Origin: Mobula hypostoma
Taxonomy: Eukaryota
Assembly (NCBI RefSeq): GCF_963921235.1
Contig: NC_086108.1
Span: 83,764,001-83,828,000 of the forward strand
Length of the DNA: 64,000 nucleotides
Reading direction: 5' to 3'
Shown: piece by piece, positions 24,812-37,928 of the stretch
How positions within the stretch are numbered: the stretch's first letter is position 1
How the letters are laid out: each line of letters begins with the position of its first letter
The notes under the pieces: generated by a model
What the model saw: only the letters and a program-made list of their open reading frames with translations
Told to the model about the DNA's origin: nothing
Database searches by the model: none
Program-made: the position numbers and the translations under genes

Positions 24812-26350
24812 AGCAACATACACAAAGCTGAAGGAACTCAGCAGGTTAGGCAGCATCTATGGAAATGAATAAACAGTCGACTTTTAAGGCCTAGACCCTT
24901 CTTCAGGATGGAAAAGGAAGGGGGAGGATGCCAGAATGAAAAGGTGGGGAGAGGAGAAGGAGGCTAGCTGGCAGGTGATAGATGAAGCCAGGTGGGTGGG
25001 AAAGGTCAAGGGTTGAAGAAGAAAGAATCTGATAGGAGAGGAGAGTGGACCACAGGAGAAATGGGAAGGGGAAGGGACCCAGGAGAAAGTAATAGGCAGA
25101 TGAGAAGAGATAAAAGGTAGAAGTGAGAATAGAGGAAGGGGGGGCGATTTTTACGAGAAGGTGAAATCGATATTCATGTCATCTGATTGGAGGCTACCCA
25201 GACGGAATATAAGGTGTTGCTTCTCCACTCTGACGATGGCTTCATCTTTGCATAAGAGGAGGCCATGGACTGACATGTTAAAACAGGAAGGGGAATTAGA
25301 ATTAAAATGTTGGGCCACTGGGAAGATCTGCTTGCGGAGGATGGAGTGGAGGTGCTCATCAAAGTGGTCCCCCATTTATGATGGGCCTCACCAACAGGGT
25401 TGCCAACTTTCTCACTCCCAAATAAGGGACAAAAGTAGCAGTCAAATACGGGACACTTGTGTTTACCCCAAAAAAGACTACCATGACCATGAAGCCTTGC
25501 GCAGGCACTTGTGTGTTCATGCGTTATGTGCGCATGCATGTACGTGCCGATTTTTTTCTACAAATTGGTATTGGCTTAATCTTCCCAATTCTGCTTTTAC
25601 TATATGTTAATGTTATTTTAGGTTTTATGTTTTATTTGGTAGGTTATTTTTTGGGTCTGGGAACGCTCAAAAATTTTTCCCATATATATTAATGGTAATT
25701 GCTTCTTTGTTTTACGCCATTTCAGCTTACGAAAGGTTTCATAGGAACGCTCTACCTTAGTGGGTGAAATACAGGACAAGGGCAGTCCCCTATGGGACAA
25801 ACCAATTTAGCCCAATATATGGGATGTCCCAGCTAATACGGGACTGTTGGCAACCCTACTCACCAGTGTAGAGGAGGCCACATCAGGAGCAGTGGAGACA
25901 ATAGACGATCCCAGCAGATTCACGGGTGAAGTGTTGCCTCACCTGGAAGGACTGTTTCAGGACTTGAGTGGAGGTGAGGGAGGAGGTATATGGGCAGGTG
26001 TGGCACTTAGGCCACCTGCAGGGATAAGTTCCAGAGGAGAGATTAGTGGAGATGGACGAAGGGTCAAGGGAACTGCGGAGGGATCGATCCCTGCGGAAAG
26101 TGGTGGGGAGGAGGGTGGAAGTAAAGATATGTTCAGTGGTAGGATGATTTTAAAGATGGCGGAACCTGGGGAGGATAATGTGTTGGATGTGGAGGCTGAT
26201 AGGGTGGTAGGTAAGGACAAGAGGAACTCCATTACTGTTAAGGAGATGGGAAGATAGATTGAGCACAGGCGTTCTGCAAATGGAGATGTGGGTGGGGGCA
26301 GCATCAATAGTGGAGGGAGGGAAACCCCATTCTTTGAAGAAGGAGAACAA
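24812..26350 (-). mobile_element. Penelope-like element (RT C-terminus, GIY-YIG, terminal repeat) with nested MITE
   Basis: Minus ORFs FFKEWGFPPSTIDAA...VPLVLTYHP (26150-26353) and GDHFDEHL...VEKQHLIFRLGSLQ (25151-25375). Confidence 0.87.
25395..25858. mobile_element. hAT-type MITE
   Basis: TIRs CAGGGTTGCCAAC / GTTGGCAACCCTA; 8-bp TSD CTCACCAA (25387-25394) and CTCACCAG (25859-25866). Confidence 0.85.
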
Positions 26351-27305
26351 CACACCAAGCTATTATCTGGTTGCTTGGCTTATTGCTGATTTTGATATTG
26401 ACCTCTATGCAGTTGATTGCTCTACACACACTCCCCCCCCCACCCCTTGTCATAAGTGTCTACTCCTAAGTTCGCTAGCTGCAGAGATGTCTGTTGCTGT
26501 GCTCTGAAACAGAACATACAGCTCAAGAACGAGCCCTTCTGTCCAGTGTTGGACTGAACTACTTAAAGTAGTAAATAAATCCCAAACTAAACTGATCACT
26601 CCTGCCTACCGAATGTGTATGTATATACCTCCATTCTCCACACATCCATGTGCCTTTCGAAGAATCTCTTGAATGCCTCTATCACATTTACTTTCACTGC
26701 CAATTGTATCAGCAAATTCCAGGGACTCAGCTGCGTAAGAAACTTCCCAGCACATCTTCTTTGATCATACCCCCTCACTCCCTTAAGTACCTGCCCTCTA
26801 GTATTAGGCATATCGACCCTGGGAAACTGCATTGTGTCTAGTCTATCTATGCCTTCGTTATCTCATAAACTTCTGCCTGACCTCCTCTCAGCCTCCACAT
26901 GTGCACTCGTTTTTAATACCCTGTCAGTCACATGTGGAATGAAATCTTTCTCCCAAAAGAAAATGAATGTGTTGTACCTTCCATTTGCAAGACTTCATCT
27001 TCCGTTTTTTTTTAAATACAAGCTGAGGTATCAAATGATCAGGGAGAGTAAGCAGAATCTATTTTATTGCTTATTTCTTTTCCAGTCAAAGTGTTGACAG
27101 ATGAAGAAGCTGTAACATTATAGCAAGATTAAAAACTGTTGACATCAAGTAGAACCTGGATATTGTAATATGTGAAACACTTATCACTAAAGGATTTGAG
27201 TATCAGAGTAAAGATAACTCACAATAACTACAGAGGGCTAATGTGACATCTCACAAAGAATAATGTGTATAGATCTGATCACTGACCTAAGGAAGGATGT
27301 CCTGT

Positions 27306-28050
27306 ACACTTTGGAAAGACAAACTCCAAGGCAGAGTACAAAGTAAATGGCAGGATACCTGGTAGTGTGGAGGAGCAGAGGGATCTGGGGGCACATGTCC
27401 ACAGATCCCTGAAAGTTGCCTCACAGGTAGATAGGATAGTTAAGAAAGCTTATGGGGTGTTAGTTTTCATAAGTCGATTGATAGAGTTTAAGAGTCGCGA
27501 AGTAATGGTGCAGCTCTATAAAACTCTGGTTAGGCCACACTTGGAGCACTGTGTCCAGTTCTGGTCACCGCACTATAGGAAGGATGTGGAAGCATTGGAA
27601 AGGGTAAAGAGAAGATTTACCAGGATGGTCATGGATTATGATCAGAGATTAAAGGAGCTAGGTCTTTACTCTTTGGAAAGAAGGAGGATGAGAGGAGACA
27701 TGATAGAGATATACAAGATATTAAGAGGAATAGATAGAGTGGATAGCCAGTGCTTCTTCCCCAGGACACCTCTGCTCAATACAAGGGGACATGGCTTTAA
27801 GGTAAGGGGTGGGAAATTCAAGGGGGATACTAGAGGAATGTTTTTTACTCAGAGAGCAGTTGGTGCGTGGAATACACTGCCTGAGTCAGTGGTGGAGGCA
27901 GATACACTAGTGAAATTTAAGCGACTACTAGACAGGTGTATGGAGGAATTTAAGGTGGGGTGTTATATGGGAGGCAGGGTTTGAGGTTCGGCACGACAAT
28001 GTGGGCTGAAGGGCCTGTACTGTGCTGTACTATTCTATGTTCTATGTTCT
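27306..28050 (+). mobile_element. CR1 LINE family B, 5'-truncated
   Basis: ORF 27367-27984 is a CR1 ORF2 C-terminus; (TTCTATG)n tail. Confidence 0.92.
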
Positions 28051-28376
28051 TGTCACAGAAAAGCACAATAAAGATTCTTGACCCTGCTTCATGATTTCAT
28101 CAGATTGTGGCTAATCTGATTTAATCTTAACTCTCCATACCAGTCCATGCACAGTACCAATAATCTAGCTAGTTCTGCCTTACAAACTTTCAAGAAGGTT
28201 TCCATTGCTCATAAAGGAAGATTTTTCCAAAAATTCTCTCAACTCCCTGAGAGAGAAAAAAATAATTACTTCATTGCTGATGGGGCAGCCCATTATTTTT
28301 AATCAATGAAGTGAGTTAATGCTTTAGCCTTTAGATGAATTTAAGGCAATCTAACTGAAGCATAAAAAAAGAAGTC

Positions 28377-29080
28377 CATAAGACCATAGGTCAGGAGCGG
28401 CAGAATTAGGCCATTTGGTCCATCAAGTCTGCGCCACCATTCCATCATGGCTGATTTATTATCCCTCTCAACACCACTCTCCTGCCTTCTCCCAGTAACC
28501 TTATACACTCTTACTAATCAAGAGCCTATCAACTTCCACTTTAAGTATATACAATGACTTGGCCACCACAGCCATCTGTGACAATGAATCCCACAGATTC
28601 ACTACCCTCTGGCTAAAGAAACTCCTCCTCATCTCTGTCCTAAATGGACACCCCTCTATTTTGATGCTGTGCCCTCTGGTCCTAGACTCACCCACTAGAG
28701 AAAACATCTTCAAAACATCCATTCTATCTAGGCCTTTTCAATATGCAATAGGTTTCAATGAGACCACAATTATTCTTCTAAACTCCTGCAAATACAGGCC
28801 CAGAGCCATCAAATGCTCCTCATATGTTAACCCTTCCATTCCCAGAATCATCCTTATGAACTTCCTCTGGACCTCCTCCAAGGCCAGCGCATCTTTCCTT
28901 AGATAAAGGGGCCAAAACTACTCACAATACTCCAAGTGCAGTCTGACAAAAGCCTTATAAAATCTCAATATTGCATCCTTGCTTTTATATTCAAGTCCAC
29001 TTGAAATGAATGCTAGCATTGCATTTGCCTTGCTTATCACTGATTCAACCTACAAGTTAACCTTTAGGGGATCCTGAACT
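28377..29080 (-). mobile_element. CR1 3' fragment
   Basis: ORF 28501-28722 (ESRTRGHS...FFSQRVVNLW). Confidence 0.85.
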
Positions 29081-29397
29081 ATGACGGATATTCAATTCTT
29101 GGTTGTTTGCAAAATCTGATTTCTAAACACAGCAGCTGCCACTTGTAAGAGCACAAACAGTTGTAAATAAACTTCCAATTTACATTTCATTTTTAAAATT
29201 TCTGGTCATAAAAAGGAGTCAGTCTTCAGTTCTTAAAACGTAAACAAAAGCAGTAATCACCTTGAAGTTAAAACAGGCACTGTCTATGGAACAATTTTGT
29301 AAACAAGCTCTCTATATAGGAAACCACCCTGTCTGTGAGAAACAAGATGTTTCTACTTTATTGCTGCTCAGTATAACACAACGGGTTATTTAATTTG

Positions 29398-30410
29398 CAA
29401 ACAACAGGAATTCTGCAGATGCTGGAAATTCAAGCAACATACATCAGAGTTGCTGGTGAACGCAGCAGGCCAGGCAGCATCTCTAGGAAGAGGTACAGTC
29501 GATGTTTCAGGCCGAGACCCTTCGTCAGGACTAACTGAAGGAAGAGTTAGTAAGAGATTTGAAAGTGGGAGGGGGAGATCTAACATGATAGGAGAAGACA
29601 GGAGGGGGAGGGGTGGAGCCAAGAGCTACACATGCCCTTACACTTCCTCCCTTACCACCATTCAGGGCCCCAGATAGTCCTTCCAGGTGAGGCGACACTT
29701 CACCTGTGAGTCGGCTGGGTGATATACTGCGTCCGGTGCTCCCGATGTGGCCTTCTATATATTGGCGAGACCCGACGCAGACTGGGAGACCGCTTTGCTG
29801 AACACGTACGCTCTGTCCGCCAGAGAAAGCAGGATCTCACAGTGGCCACACATTTTAATTCCACATCCCATTCCCATTCTGACATGTCTATCCACGGCCT
29901 CCTCTTCTGTAAAGATGAGGCCACACTCAGGTTGGAGGAACAACACCTTATGTTCGGTCTGGGTAGCCTCCAACCTGATGGCATGAACATTGACTTCTCT
30001 AACTTCCGCTAATGCCCCACCTCCCCCTCGTAACCCATCCGTTATTTATTTTTATACACACATTCTTTCTCTCTCTCTCCTTTTTCTCCCTCTATCCCTC
30101 TGACTATACCCCTTGCCCATCCTCTGGGTTCCCCCCACCCTTGTCTTTCTCCCCGGACCTCCTGTCCCATGATCCTTTCATATCCCCTTTGCCAATCACC
30201 TGTCCAGCTCTTGGCTCTATCCCTCCCCCTCCTGTCTTCTCCTATCACCTTGAATCTCCCCCTCCCCCTCCCCCTCCCCCTCCCACTTTCAAATCTCTTA
30301 CTAACTCTTCCTTCAGTTAGTCCTGACGAGGGGTCTTGGCCTGAAAGGTCAACTGTACCTCTTCCTAGATATGCTGCCTGGCCTGCTGCGTTCACCAGCA
30401 ACTTTGATGT
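29398..30410 (+). mobile_element. Penelope-like element: inverted terminal repeat (29398-29626), GIY-YIG region and direct terminal repeat
   Basis: Exact 15-bp TSD GGGTTATTTAATTTG at 29383-29397 and 30411-30425; GIY-YIG ORF inside. Confidence 0.93.
29719..30012 (+). CDS. GIY-YIG endonuclease domain of a Penelope-like retroelement (truncated)
   Basis: IYCVRCSRCGLLYIGETRRRLGDRFAEH...HF...RLEEQ...QPDGMN shows the GIY/YIG motifs, conserved R, E and N, and the CxxC typical of these elements. Confidence 0.85.
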   Translation: MIYCVRCSRCGLLYIGETRRRLGDRFAEHVRSVRQRKQDLTVATHFNSTSHSHSDMSIHGLLFCKDEATLRLEEQHLMFGLGSLQPDGMNIDFSNFR

Positions 30411-31597
30411 GGGTTATTTAATTTGGCTTGTTTCAAAATAGACAAGGCTGATTAAGTTGCTTAGTTCAAGGAAGCTTGCAGACCAGATGGATAATATAAT
30501 TTAGCACATCAAAAACTGATGTTGGGAGTTTTATGTACTCAAAGGAGTTAGCTTTAGAGCACTTGTTGAGAACTATGTCTCCAAGATGCTTTTTGACCTT
30601 TTGTGTTAAAAGAGTATCTGAGGAAATATTAAATGTGTGTGAAGTCACCCAAGTAGCAGAGAAACAGTAAAAATGTAGAGAGCAATTCCAGTTTCTTAAG
30701 ATTGGGGTAAGGAACATTAAGAAATTTGGAAGAACTAGAATCCATTCTTCTGGCTTCAATTTCTGCAACAGACAATTTGTTCATCTTCAAATCATCAGTA
30801 TGCCTTCTTGCTTTATAGGTATTGTACCTGTGTTTTAGAAATCATTTGCCTTTTGTGCTTTGGAAATTATTTGAGTTTCAGAAATGCTTTATGTTTTAGA
30901 AATGGTTTGTGATTTGGAAATGTTTAAAATAGAAATCCTCTGTGACTTTTAAATGTGCTTTAAGAATATTGTTTAAATTTAAAAGTGTATCATTGAAAAA
31001 AAACTGTGTTTTAAGCTAGTTTGTTAGCTGGAAGTATCTTCCCCTTGGTAGGGAGAGGGGACCCACCACTTGAGTAGTTTGTATTAGCACTTTAACTCAC
31101 CATTGAGAACAAACAAAGAAGTGAAATGGTCTGTGAAAGCTGGGTAATTACAGTATAATCTCTTTAGTGAGAACACTCATGACTATTTATATCCGATAGG
31201 ACTTAAGGTCTTCATATGAGTTTAGAATTTAACGGTCAGCAAACCTGCTATCATCACAGCATAAGGACTCACAAGTCCCTTGGCAGCTCTGATTTTTTAA
31301 ATTTTCTCCCCATTTAGAAAATAGTCTCCACCTTTATTCCTTCAACCAGAGTGCATAACCATACACTTCCCTGCACTATATTACAACTGTCAATTCTTTG
31401 CCCATTCTCCCAATCTAAGTCCTTCTGGAGATTCCTAGCTTCCTCAACACTATCTGCCCTCCACCTATCTTTGTGTTGTCTGAAAACTTGGCCACAAAGC
31501 CATCAGATCCATCATGCAAATCATTCCTTCCAGTTTATTATTTCTAGGCTTCTCATGGTTTTGTAGTTCCCCTCAGTCCATGAAAAAATATCTGAGG

Positions 31598-31960
31598 CAA
31601 CACACACAAAATGCTGGAGAAACTCAGCAGGTCCAGCAGGGTTTATGGATAGGAATAAACAATCAACGTTTTGGACCAAAACCCTTCATCAAGACTGGAA
31701 AAAAAAGATGAGGTCAGAGTAAGAAGGTGGGGGGAGGGGAGGAAGAAGTACAAGGTGGTAGTAATAATGGAAGCTGGGAGAGGGGAAGAGGGTGAAGTAA
31801 AGAGCTGGGAAATTGATTGGTGAAATAAATAAAGGGCTGGAGGAGGTTAAATCTGATAGGGGACCATGAAAGAAAGGGAAGGAGGAGCACCGGAGGGGGT
31901 TGATAGGCAGGTAAGGGAAAAGGTGAGAGAGGGAAACAGGAATGGTGAATAGTGAAGGGG
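31598..31960 (-). mobile_element. Penelope-like terminal repeat fragment (older subfamily)
   Basis: CAACACACACAAAATGCTGGAG...CCCTTCATCAAGACTGG block shared with other copies. Confidence 0.8.
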
Positions 31961-32542
31961 TTTTTCCTTTTGTGTCCCTGCATCTAGTGAATTCTACCCC
32001 CGAAGAACCTTGCATGGTAGTGTCACTGCAGAAGGATTCTGATCTAGGGAAATATTCTTTCCTGTGTCTGTGGGCATCCAAAAGACCTGGAAGAAAGTGA
32101 AAATGGACAAGAAAGAATGGCTTGAGAACAAAAATAACAGTTATCGCAATACAGCTTGATGCTTGGTTGTGCAGTTTTGGGGGAGGGGAAGGAGATTGGG
32201 CTACCTCATATGGACCCAGTTGTCTGATTCACTGACCCTTGAAATCTGACAGTTCCTGACATCCAGTTTTTTGCTGCCGCTACACTCGTGGAAAAGGTGG
32301 TCTTCCAGTCTCACTTGTGAATCCTTACAGAGTGAGGAGAACCAATGAGGTCTCAACTCTCCTGCATAGAGGGCACACCAGATTCTGTGATTGCGATGGG
32401 AAGGAGATGAGACAAATGTAAGGTTGGGGAACTGATAATCAATGTGTGGACCGATCAAGGACACATAAGAGAGATTATATCTCCTGGCAACCACGAAGCG
32501 AGTACGTGCTTTTACAACGCAGAATAGAAACAGCTTGCTTAC

Positions 32543-32600
32543 ATTTAGGCTGGGTATAAAGGTCCAATAGAGAGGAGGGAGCAATCGCTCTGTTTTTATA
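32543..32600 (-). promoter_or_regulatory. Candidate TATA promoter and short non-coding first exon
   Basis: Minus strand TATAAAAA at 32600-32593, an Inr-like CTATT about 32 nt downstream, then donor AAT|GTAAGC at 32542, in non-repeat DNA. Confidence 0.25.
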
Positions 32601-34487
32601 GGACAGAAGGGAATCTGAAGAGCTCTGCTCACCTTTGCTTTCTTGAAGGTTGTTGAAGAGTTTTAAGTACTGAGCATACACTAAAAGTCCACTTTCTCTG
32701 GTGTCTTCCCTGCTGATAATTAAGAGGCTAAATGAGGTGATGGAGCCAGGTTCTTCCCCCTTTAATTCTCACTCACTCTTTGGAGCCGTAATTTCATGAA
32801 GAATCCTGCTGAAATCAATACCAATAGGGATGAAGAGGCACAACATAATGATCTGGATTCCCTTTCTTTTCTGCTTTAAACCCAGCCATTGTGTATTCCT
32901 AAATTGCTATGAAATGGTACAAATCACTGATCAACATTAATTGCATGCTGTTGTAACTGACTTTCTCAGTAAATAATCCAAATCATTTCTCTGTGACACG
33001 TTCAATATTAAATCATTTTTGAGTACATACTGTTTATACTTGTCTTACAAAACAGAAATTAGTTAATTTATATTGCAGCAAATGACATTGTTTGTTCACA
33101 GTATTTATGGCAGCTTTATTGGATAATATTATTTCATGGTTCACCTTCAGCTCCAATGAACTAAATATTTTACAAGCGGCATTAAGAATAATATCCTCTA
33201 CCATATACTCGAATATATTTAATTTTTTCACGCTAGCCTCTGTTTACTCTGAACAAAGCTGTCAGCTGAATGATGAATCTTGTGTAGACTTATGTTGTGT
33301 TGTGTCGAATCAGGAAGGTCCATTTCTGCAAGTAATGAGATAAGAAAAGAACTAAGGAATTCACTCAGTGCAAATGATCTATTACAATGGTCAATCACTC
33401 TGTGTAAGGTAACACTCTTTAAATCGAACTGATTTATATTATCATGTGCTATTTCATTGCTCTCTAGCCTCTATCTATAGAGAGAGGAATTTACATTTAT
33501 AGCACTTTTAACAGTCTCAATATAGTCCAATGGGATTCATAAGCAGTAAATTACCTTTCAGTTCTCCTCAAAACTATTTTATCCACCAAGTCCAGCAACT
33601 AATTAATACACAGCAAGAAATCACATCAAGAAAAAGTAGTTCATTTGTTTTTATGGCGTTGTTTGAGAAATAAATCTTTCTATGTAATAGGAACAATTCC
33701 TTTGAACATACCATGGGTCATTTTATTTCCAACTGAACTGTTTTCTTTTCAACAAATTCTTGTCCTTCAGGTTCCATTGTTCTCCAGTGAAAATAATACT
33801 TGATTGTCAAATCAATCCTTATAACTAAGACACCTAAGATCTTTCTTGTGGCTCACCCCATCATGAGAAAGGATCAAGTGTGGCCTTTTAGGTTGTAGTC
33901 ACAGGCTCACCCTTCCCTGTTGGATGGGTACCCTTGCATAAATTAGTCATGCCTACAAGTAGTCCTCAGTACATCATTTGCATTCATCCGGCTTTCTCAT
34001 ACTGTACATAGGCTTATTGTTTCCAATATATGCTAGTTTGATACTTCATTTAATGTTTGAACTCTCACACACAATGAATTATCAGACAAATCACTCTTTC
34101 AATGGATACTTCCATTCATTTTACTCATAAAGATATTGACAAAGAACATATTAATCTCCACAGGATTCTGCTAGTGACGGGAATATAAGAAGAGTTGTTA
34201 CCATTAATAACTTGCTTTCACAATCCAAACAAAATTGATCCATTAATCCCAATGTTACTTTAACAACCTTCTGTGTAGTACCTGCTTAATAATTTCTTCA
34301 AAATGAAAGCACACACAAGTATTTATGGTACAATCAGTTTTATGAGTCACCATCACAAAGTCATAAAGCTATAGAGCATAGAAGCAGATACTTCAAGCCA
34401 ATTCATTCTCGCTGGCCAAATTTCCTAACTGAACTAGTCCTATTTTCTTATAGGATAATTTTTCATTTGTCCAATCACCCTACAAAT

Positions 34488-34567
34488 CAGGGGTTCCCAA
34501 ACCTTTTTATGCTGTGCACCTCTACCACTAACTGGGGGGTCTGTGGACCTCAGGTTGGGAACTCCTG
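34488..34567. mobile_element. 80-bp hAT/Charlie-like MITE inside a minus-strand CR1 (about 34360-35140)
   Basis: TIRs CAGGGGTTCCCAA / TTGGGAACTCCTG. Confidence 0.75.
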
Positions 34568-35064
34568 CTCTAAAATCTTTCCTACCCATGTATCTGTCCA
34601 AATCTCTTTTAACTTTTGTAATTGAACCCATCTCCACCACTTCCTCTGGCAGCTCATTCCATATGCACACTAACCTCTGTGTAAAAAAGTTATGATTCTG
34701 GTCCCATTTTAAATCATTCCTATCTCAGTTTAAACCTTTGTCATCTAGTTTTTGACTCCCCTACATTGGGGTAAACACTGGCTTTTCACTTTATTTATGC
34801 ACCGCATGATTTGATAAACCTCTGTAAGACTACCCCTTAGTCTCCTTTGCTCCAGGGTAAAAGTCCGAGCCTATCCAACCTCTCCTTACAACTCAGGCCT
34901 TCCAGGCCCAGTAACATCCTCTGAAATCTCGATTGCACCCTTTCCAGTTTAATGACACCCTTCCCATATCGGGGCAATTGGAACTGTACACAGTATTCCA
35001 AACAACACACATCAAAGTTGCTGGTGAACGCAGCAGGCCAGGCAGCATCTATAGGAAGAGGCAC

Positions 35065-35100
35065 AGTCGACGTTTCAGGCCGAGACCCTTCGTCAGGACT
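35065..35100 (-). ncRNA. Minimal type-I hammerhead ribozyme in a short Penelope fragment (35001-35100)
   Basis: Minus strand reads AGUC-CUGACGA-AGGGUCUCGGCCU-GAAAC-GUC^GACU: intact core, helix I AGUC/GACU and palindromic ACGU helix III. Confidence 0.8.
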
Positions 35101-35523
35101 TCAAATGTGACTTACAAATGTATTATACAGTTGTAACATGGGCCTCTTCATAAATGTCAGCCTAAATAGGCCATAAGATAATTTCATTTTTAAAGTCCCA
35201 TACTCTTAACAGATTGCTTAAATTTGAAATAGAAAGCAGACAAAACCATTTTTAAAAAAGAAACTGATACATTTATTCAAAGGCAGCAAAATTGGTGGTA
35301 ATCTAAAAAGTTCTCTAATTTTGAACACAAATTATCATTGATTGGTAAATTGGTAACAATAATTATGGACTATTTTAATGAAAAAGGATGAGTCCTGTTG
35401 AGTTAATATGTATTAATTGTTTTGCCATTAATAAAATTATAACACAGACAGAATGAAATAAATGAAGCATTTTAAAAAACCTATTCAAAATTTAGTTAAA
35501 TTAATCTTTTAGAAAGACAATTG

Positions 35524-36452
35524 AAATTTATAAGATACAATTTAGAATTTATAATTTACTATTAAAATGGGATAAGCATCCTTTATTTAAGTTTAAACAA
35601 GATTGGGAAAAGGAACTCAATTTGACTTTTATGACGGGGGACTGGACGCGGATTCTGAAGTTAACTCTTCTTCGGTCTGTGATAGTCATTCACTGATTCA
35701 ATTTAAAATTGTACATCGTTACCATTTGACGAAGGAGAGACTGTCTAAAATATTCCCTAATGTTGATAGTTATTGTTATAGATGTAAAACTGAGACAGCT
35801 ACACTGACACACATGTTTTGGTCTTGTTCTATACTGGAACAGCTCTGGAAATCAGTTTTTTCGACAATTTCTAAAGCAATTAAAATTAATTTACAACCTA
35901 ACAAATTAACTGTGCTTTTTGGAATAATTCCTCAAAATATCGGTGGTATCTCTGTGTCTGACCAACATGTTATTGCATTTGTTACATTGATAGCTAGGAG
36001 GGCCATTTTGTTGAAGTGGAAGGATACATCGGCTCCCATTTTGTCACAATGGTTCTCTCAAGTGATGCTATGTCTTAGTTTGGAGAAAATTAGAAGTCGA
36101 ACTTTTGAACCTATGTTTGATTTTGAGAAAAGACGGGGTTCATTTGCTCGTTATTATCATTTGAGTTAACTGATGGATTTCCTCCACGATCCAATTGTAA
36201 ATTTTTGGTACTTTTTTTTCTTGCTGGCGGTTTGATGTTTATCTTTAGAAGCTTTTTGTATGATGCATGGCTCCGGGGTTGAACACCTAATGGGGTTTTT
36301 TCCCTACTTTTTCTTGCTTAGTAGGGGTTTTTATCACCAAAATTTTTTCAATCTTTAATCTTTTTTTTCTTGAGACATTGTAAGTGTCACTTACTTTGAT
36401 GTACTCATGTTAATTTTGGATAATAATAATAAAAAGGTTTGAAAAGAAAGAA
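35524..36452 (+). mobile_element. L1-clade LINE 3' fragment
   Basis: ORF 35603-36169 has QFKIVHR...CYRC...THMFWSC (C-terminal CCHC) and ARRAILLKWK; A-rich tail; exact 13-bp TSD AGAAAGACAATTG at 35511-35523 and 36453-36465 at a TTTT/AG site. Confidence 0.9.
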
Positions 36453-37550
36453 AGAAAGACAATTGTAAAATAGCATCATTTATAAATGGTATTGTTATTG
36501 AAACCATTTACTATTCAAATAGGGATGCATACACCAGGTCTGTGGAGATTTCTAAATGTATCATCCAGCATCACGTGTTCTCATAGCTGAGCAAGCAGGC
36601 ATGAGATTTCTGCATATGGGTCATAAAAAAATCATTTGCTTTTTCATTTGACTGGAAGGATAATCATTATGTATCTCTTTATTATGGATGGGGTTTAAAG
36701 AATGAAGAGGTGCAACTGCATGCCAAAATTTTTTTTGCATACATTACATAGGTTCACCTCCCCTGTATCAAAACTAGGATATAATTATTCTGGCTTTTCG
36801 GATTCTGATCACTGTGACTGATGAGTATAAGGACTATCCTTTGAAGTTTTTCTTCTCCAAATTTGTTCATGGTTAGATTACCGGTTTAGACTGCAGAACT
36901 ACTTTCATTATTTTCCTTCTAGGTGAGGCAACACTTCACCTGTGATTCATTTGGAGTCATCTACTGTATCTGGTGCTCCCATTGCAGCTTCCTGTACATT
37001 AGTGAGACCTGACAAAGATAGGGGGTCTGCTTTGTCGTGCACCTCTGCACCATCCGCAAAAAGTGGGATTTCCTTATAGCCAACAATTTTAATTCTACTC
37101 CCTATTCCTGTTCCAACACTATCGGCCCAAGGCTTCCTCTTTTTGCCACAATGAGACCACTCTCCGGTTGGAACAGTAGTACCTCATATTCTGTCAAGGT
37201 AACTTCCAACCTGATGCCATAATTCCTCCAACTTTCAGTAATTATACCCCTCCATTGTCATGGTCTGGTTTGTGAAGTCTGAATTCCAGTTCATGGTCCG
37301 GTCCATCAATCCGTATTCCAGGTTTTCCGGTTTTCCCTTTTCCTGTTGTGTGCCTTAATTGAGGCACATGATTCTCATTTTGGGCTGGCTACATAAATAG
37401 CTCCTGGGTCCAGCTTCATTGGCTGGACTGTTCCCTTCCCCTTCGTCCTGCAGCCTTTGCCAGCAACCTTGCCTGCATTGCTGTCAGGTTCTACCGCCGG
37501 AGCAAGACCGGAGCCTTGCTGTGTCCAGATAAGGAACTGTCTTTTGTTGT

Positions 37551-37820
37551 TTGGAACTGTCTATTTGTGCCCATGCCTTTGCTAGGTAGGTCCAGCCGTT
37601 TGCCGCTACCTTGAGTTGGGAGCTGTCTCTGTGTCCACACCTTCGCTAGGTAGGTCTGACCGTTTGCCGCTACCTTGAGTTGGGAGCTGTCTCTGTGTCC
37701 ACACCTTCGCTAGGTAGGTCTGACCGTTTGATGCTACCTTGAGTTGGGAACTGTCTTTGTGTCCACGCCTTCGCTAGGTAGGTCCGGCCGTTTGCTGCTA
37801 CCTTGAGTGGAGCTCTGTTT
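37551..37820. repeat. 64-bp tandem repeat, about 4 copies
   Basis: GCTAGGTAGGTC recurs at 37581, 37645, 37709 and 37773. Confidence 0.92.
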
Positions 37821-37928
37821 CTCAGTGTTCTGTGTATGAGTCCCGGCCCTACGTCGTGCTCCCTAGGAAGGGTCCTTATTCTGTGTGGACCCCTGGCCCC
37901 AAGTCCTGTTCCCAAGGAGGGGTCCTGG

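Noticed and set aside
32201..32632. 143-aa minus-strand ORF in unique DNA
   Set aside because: It starts at a GTG coinciding with a splice-donor-like site, has no recognisable domain and overlaps promoter-like motifs.
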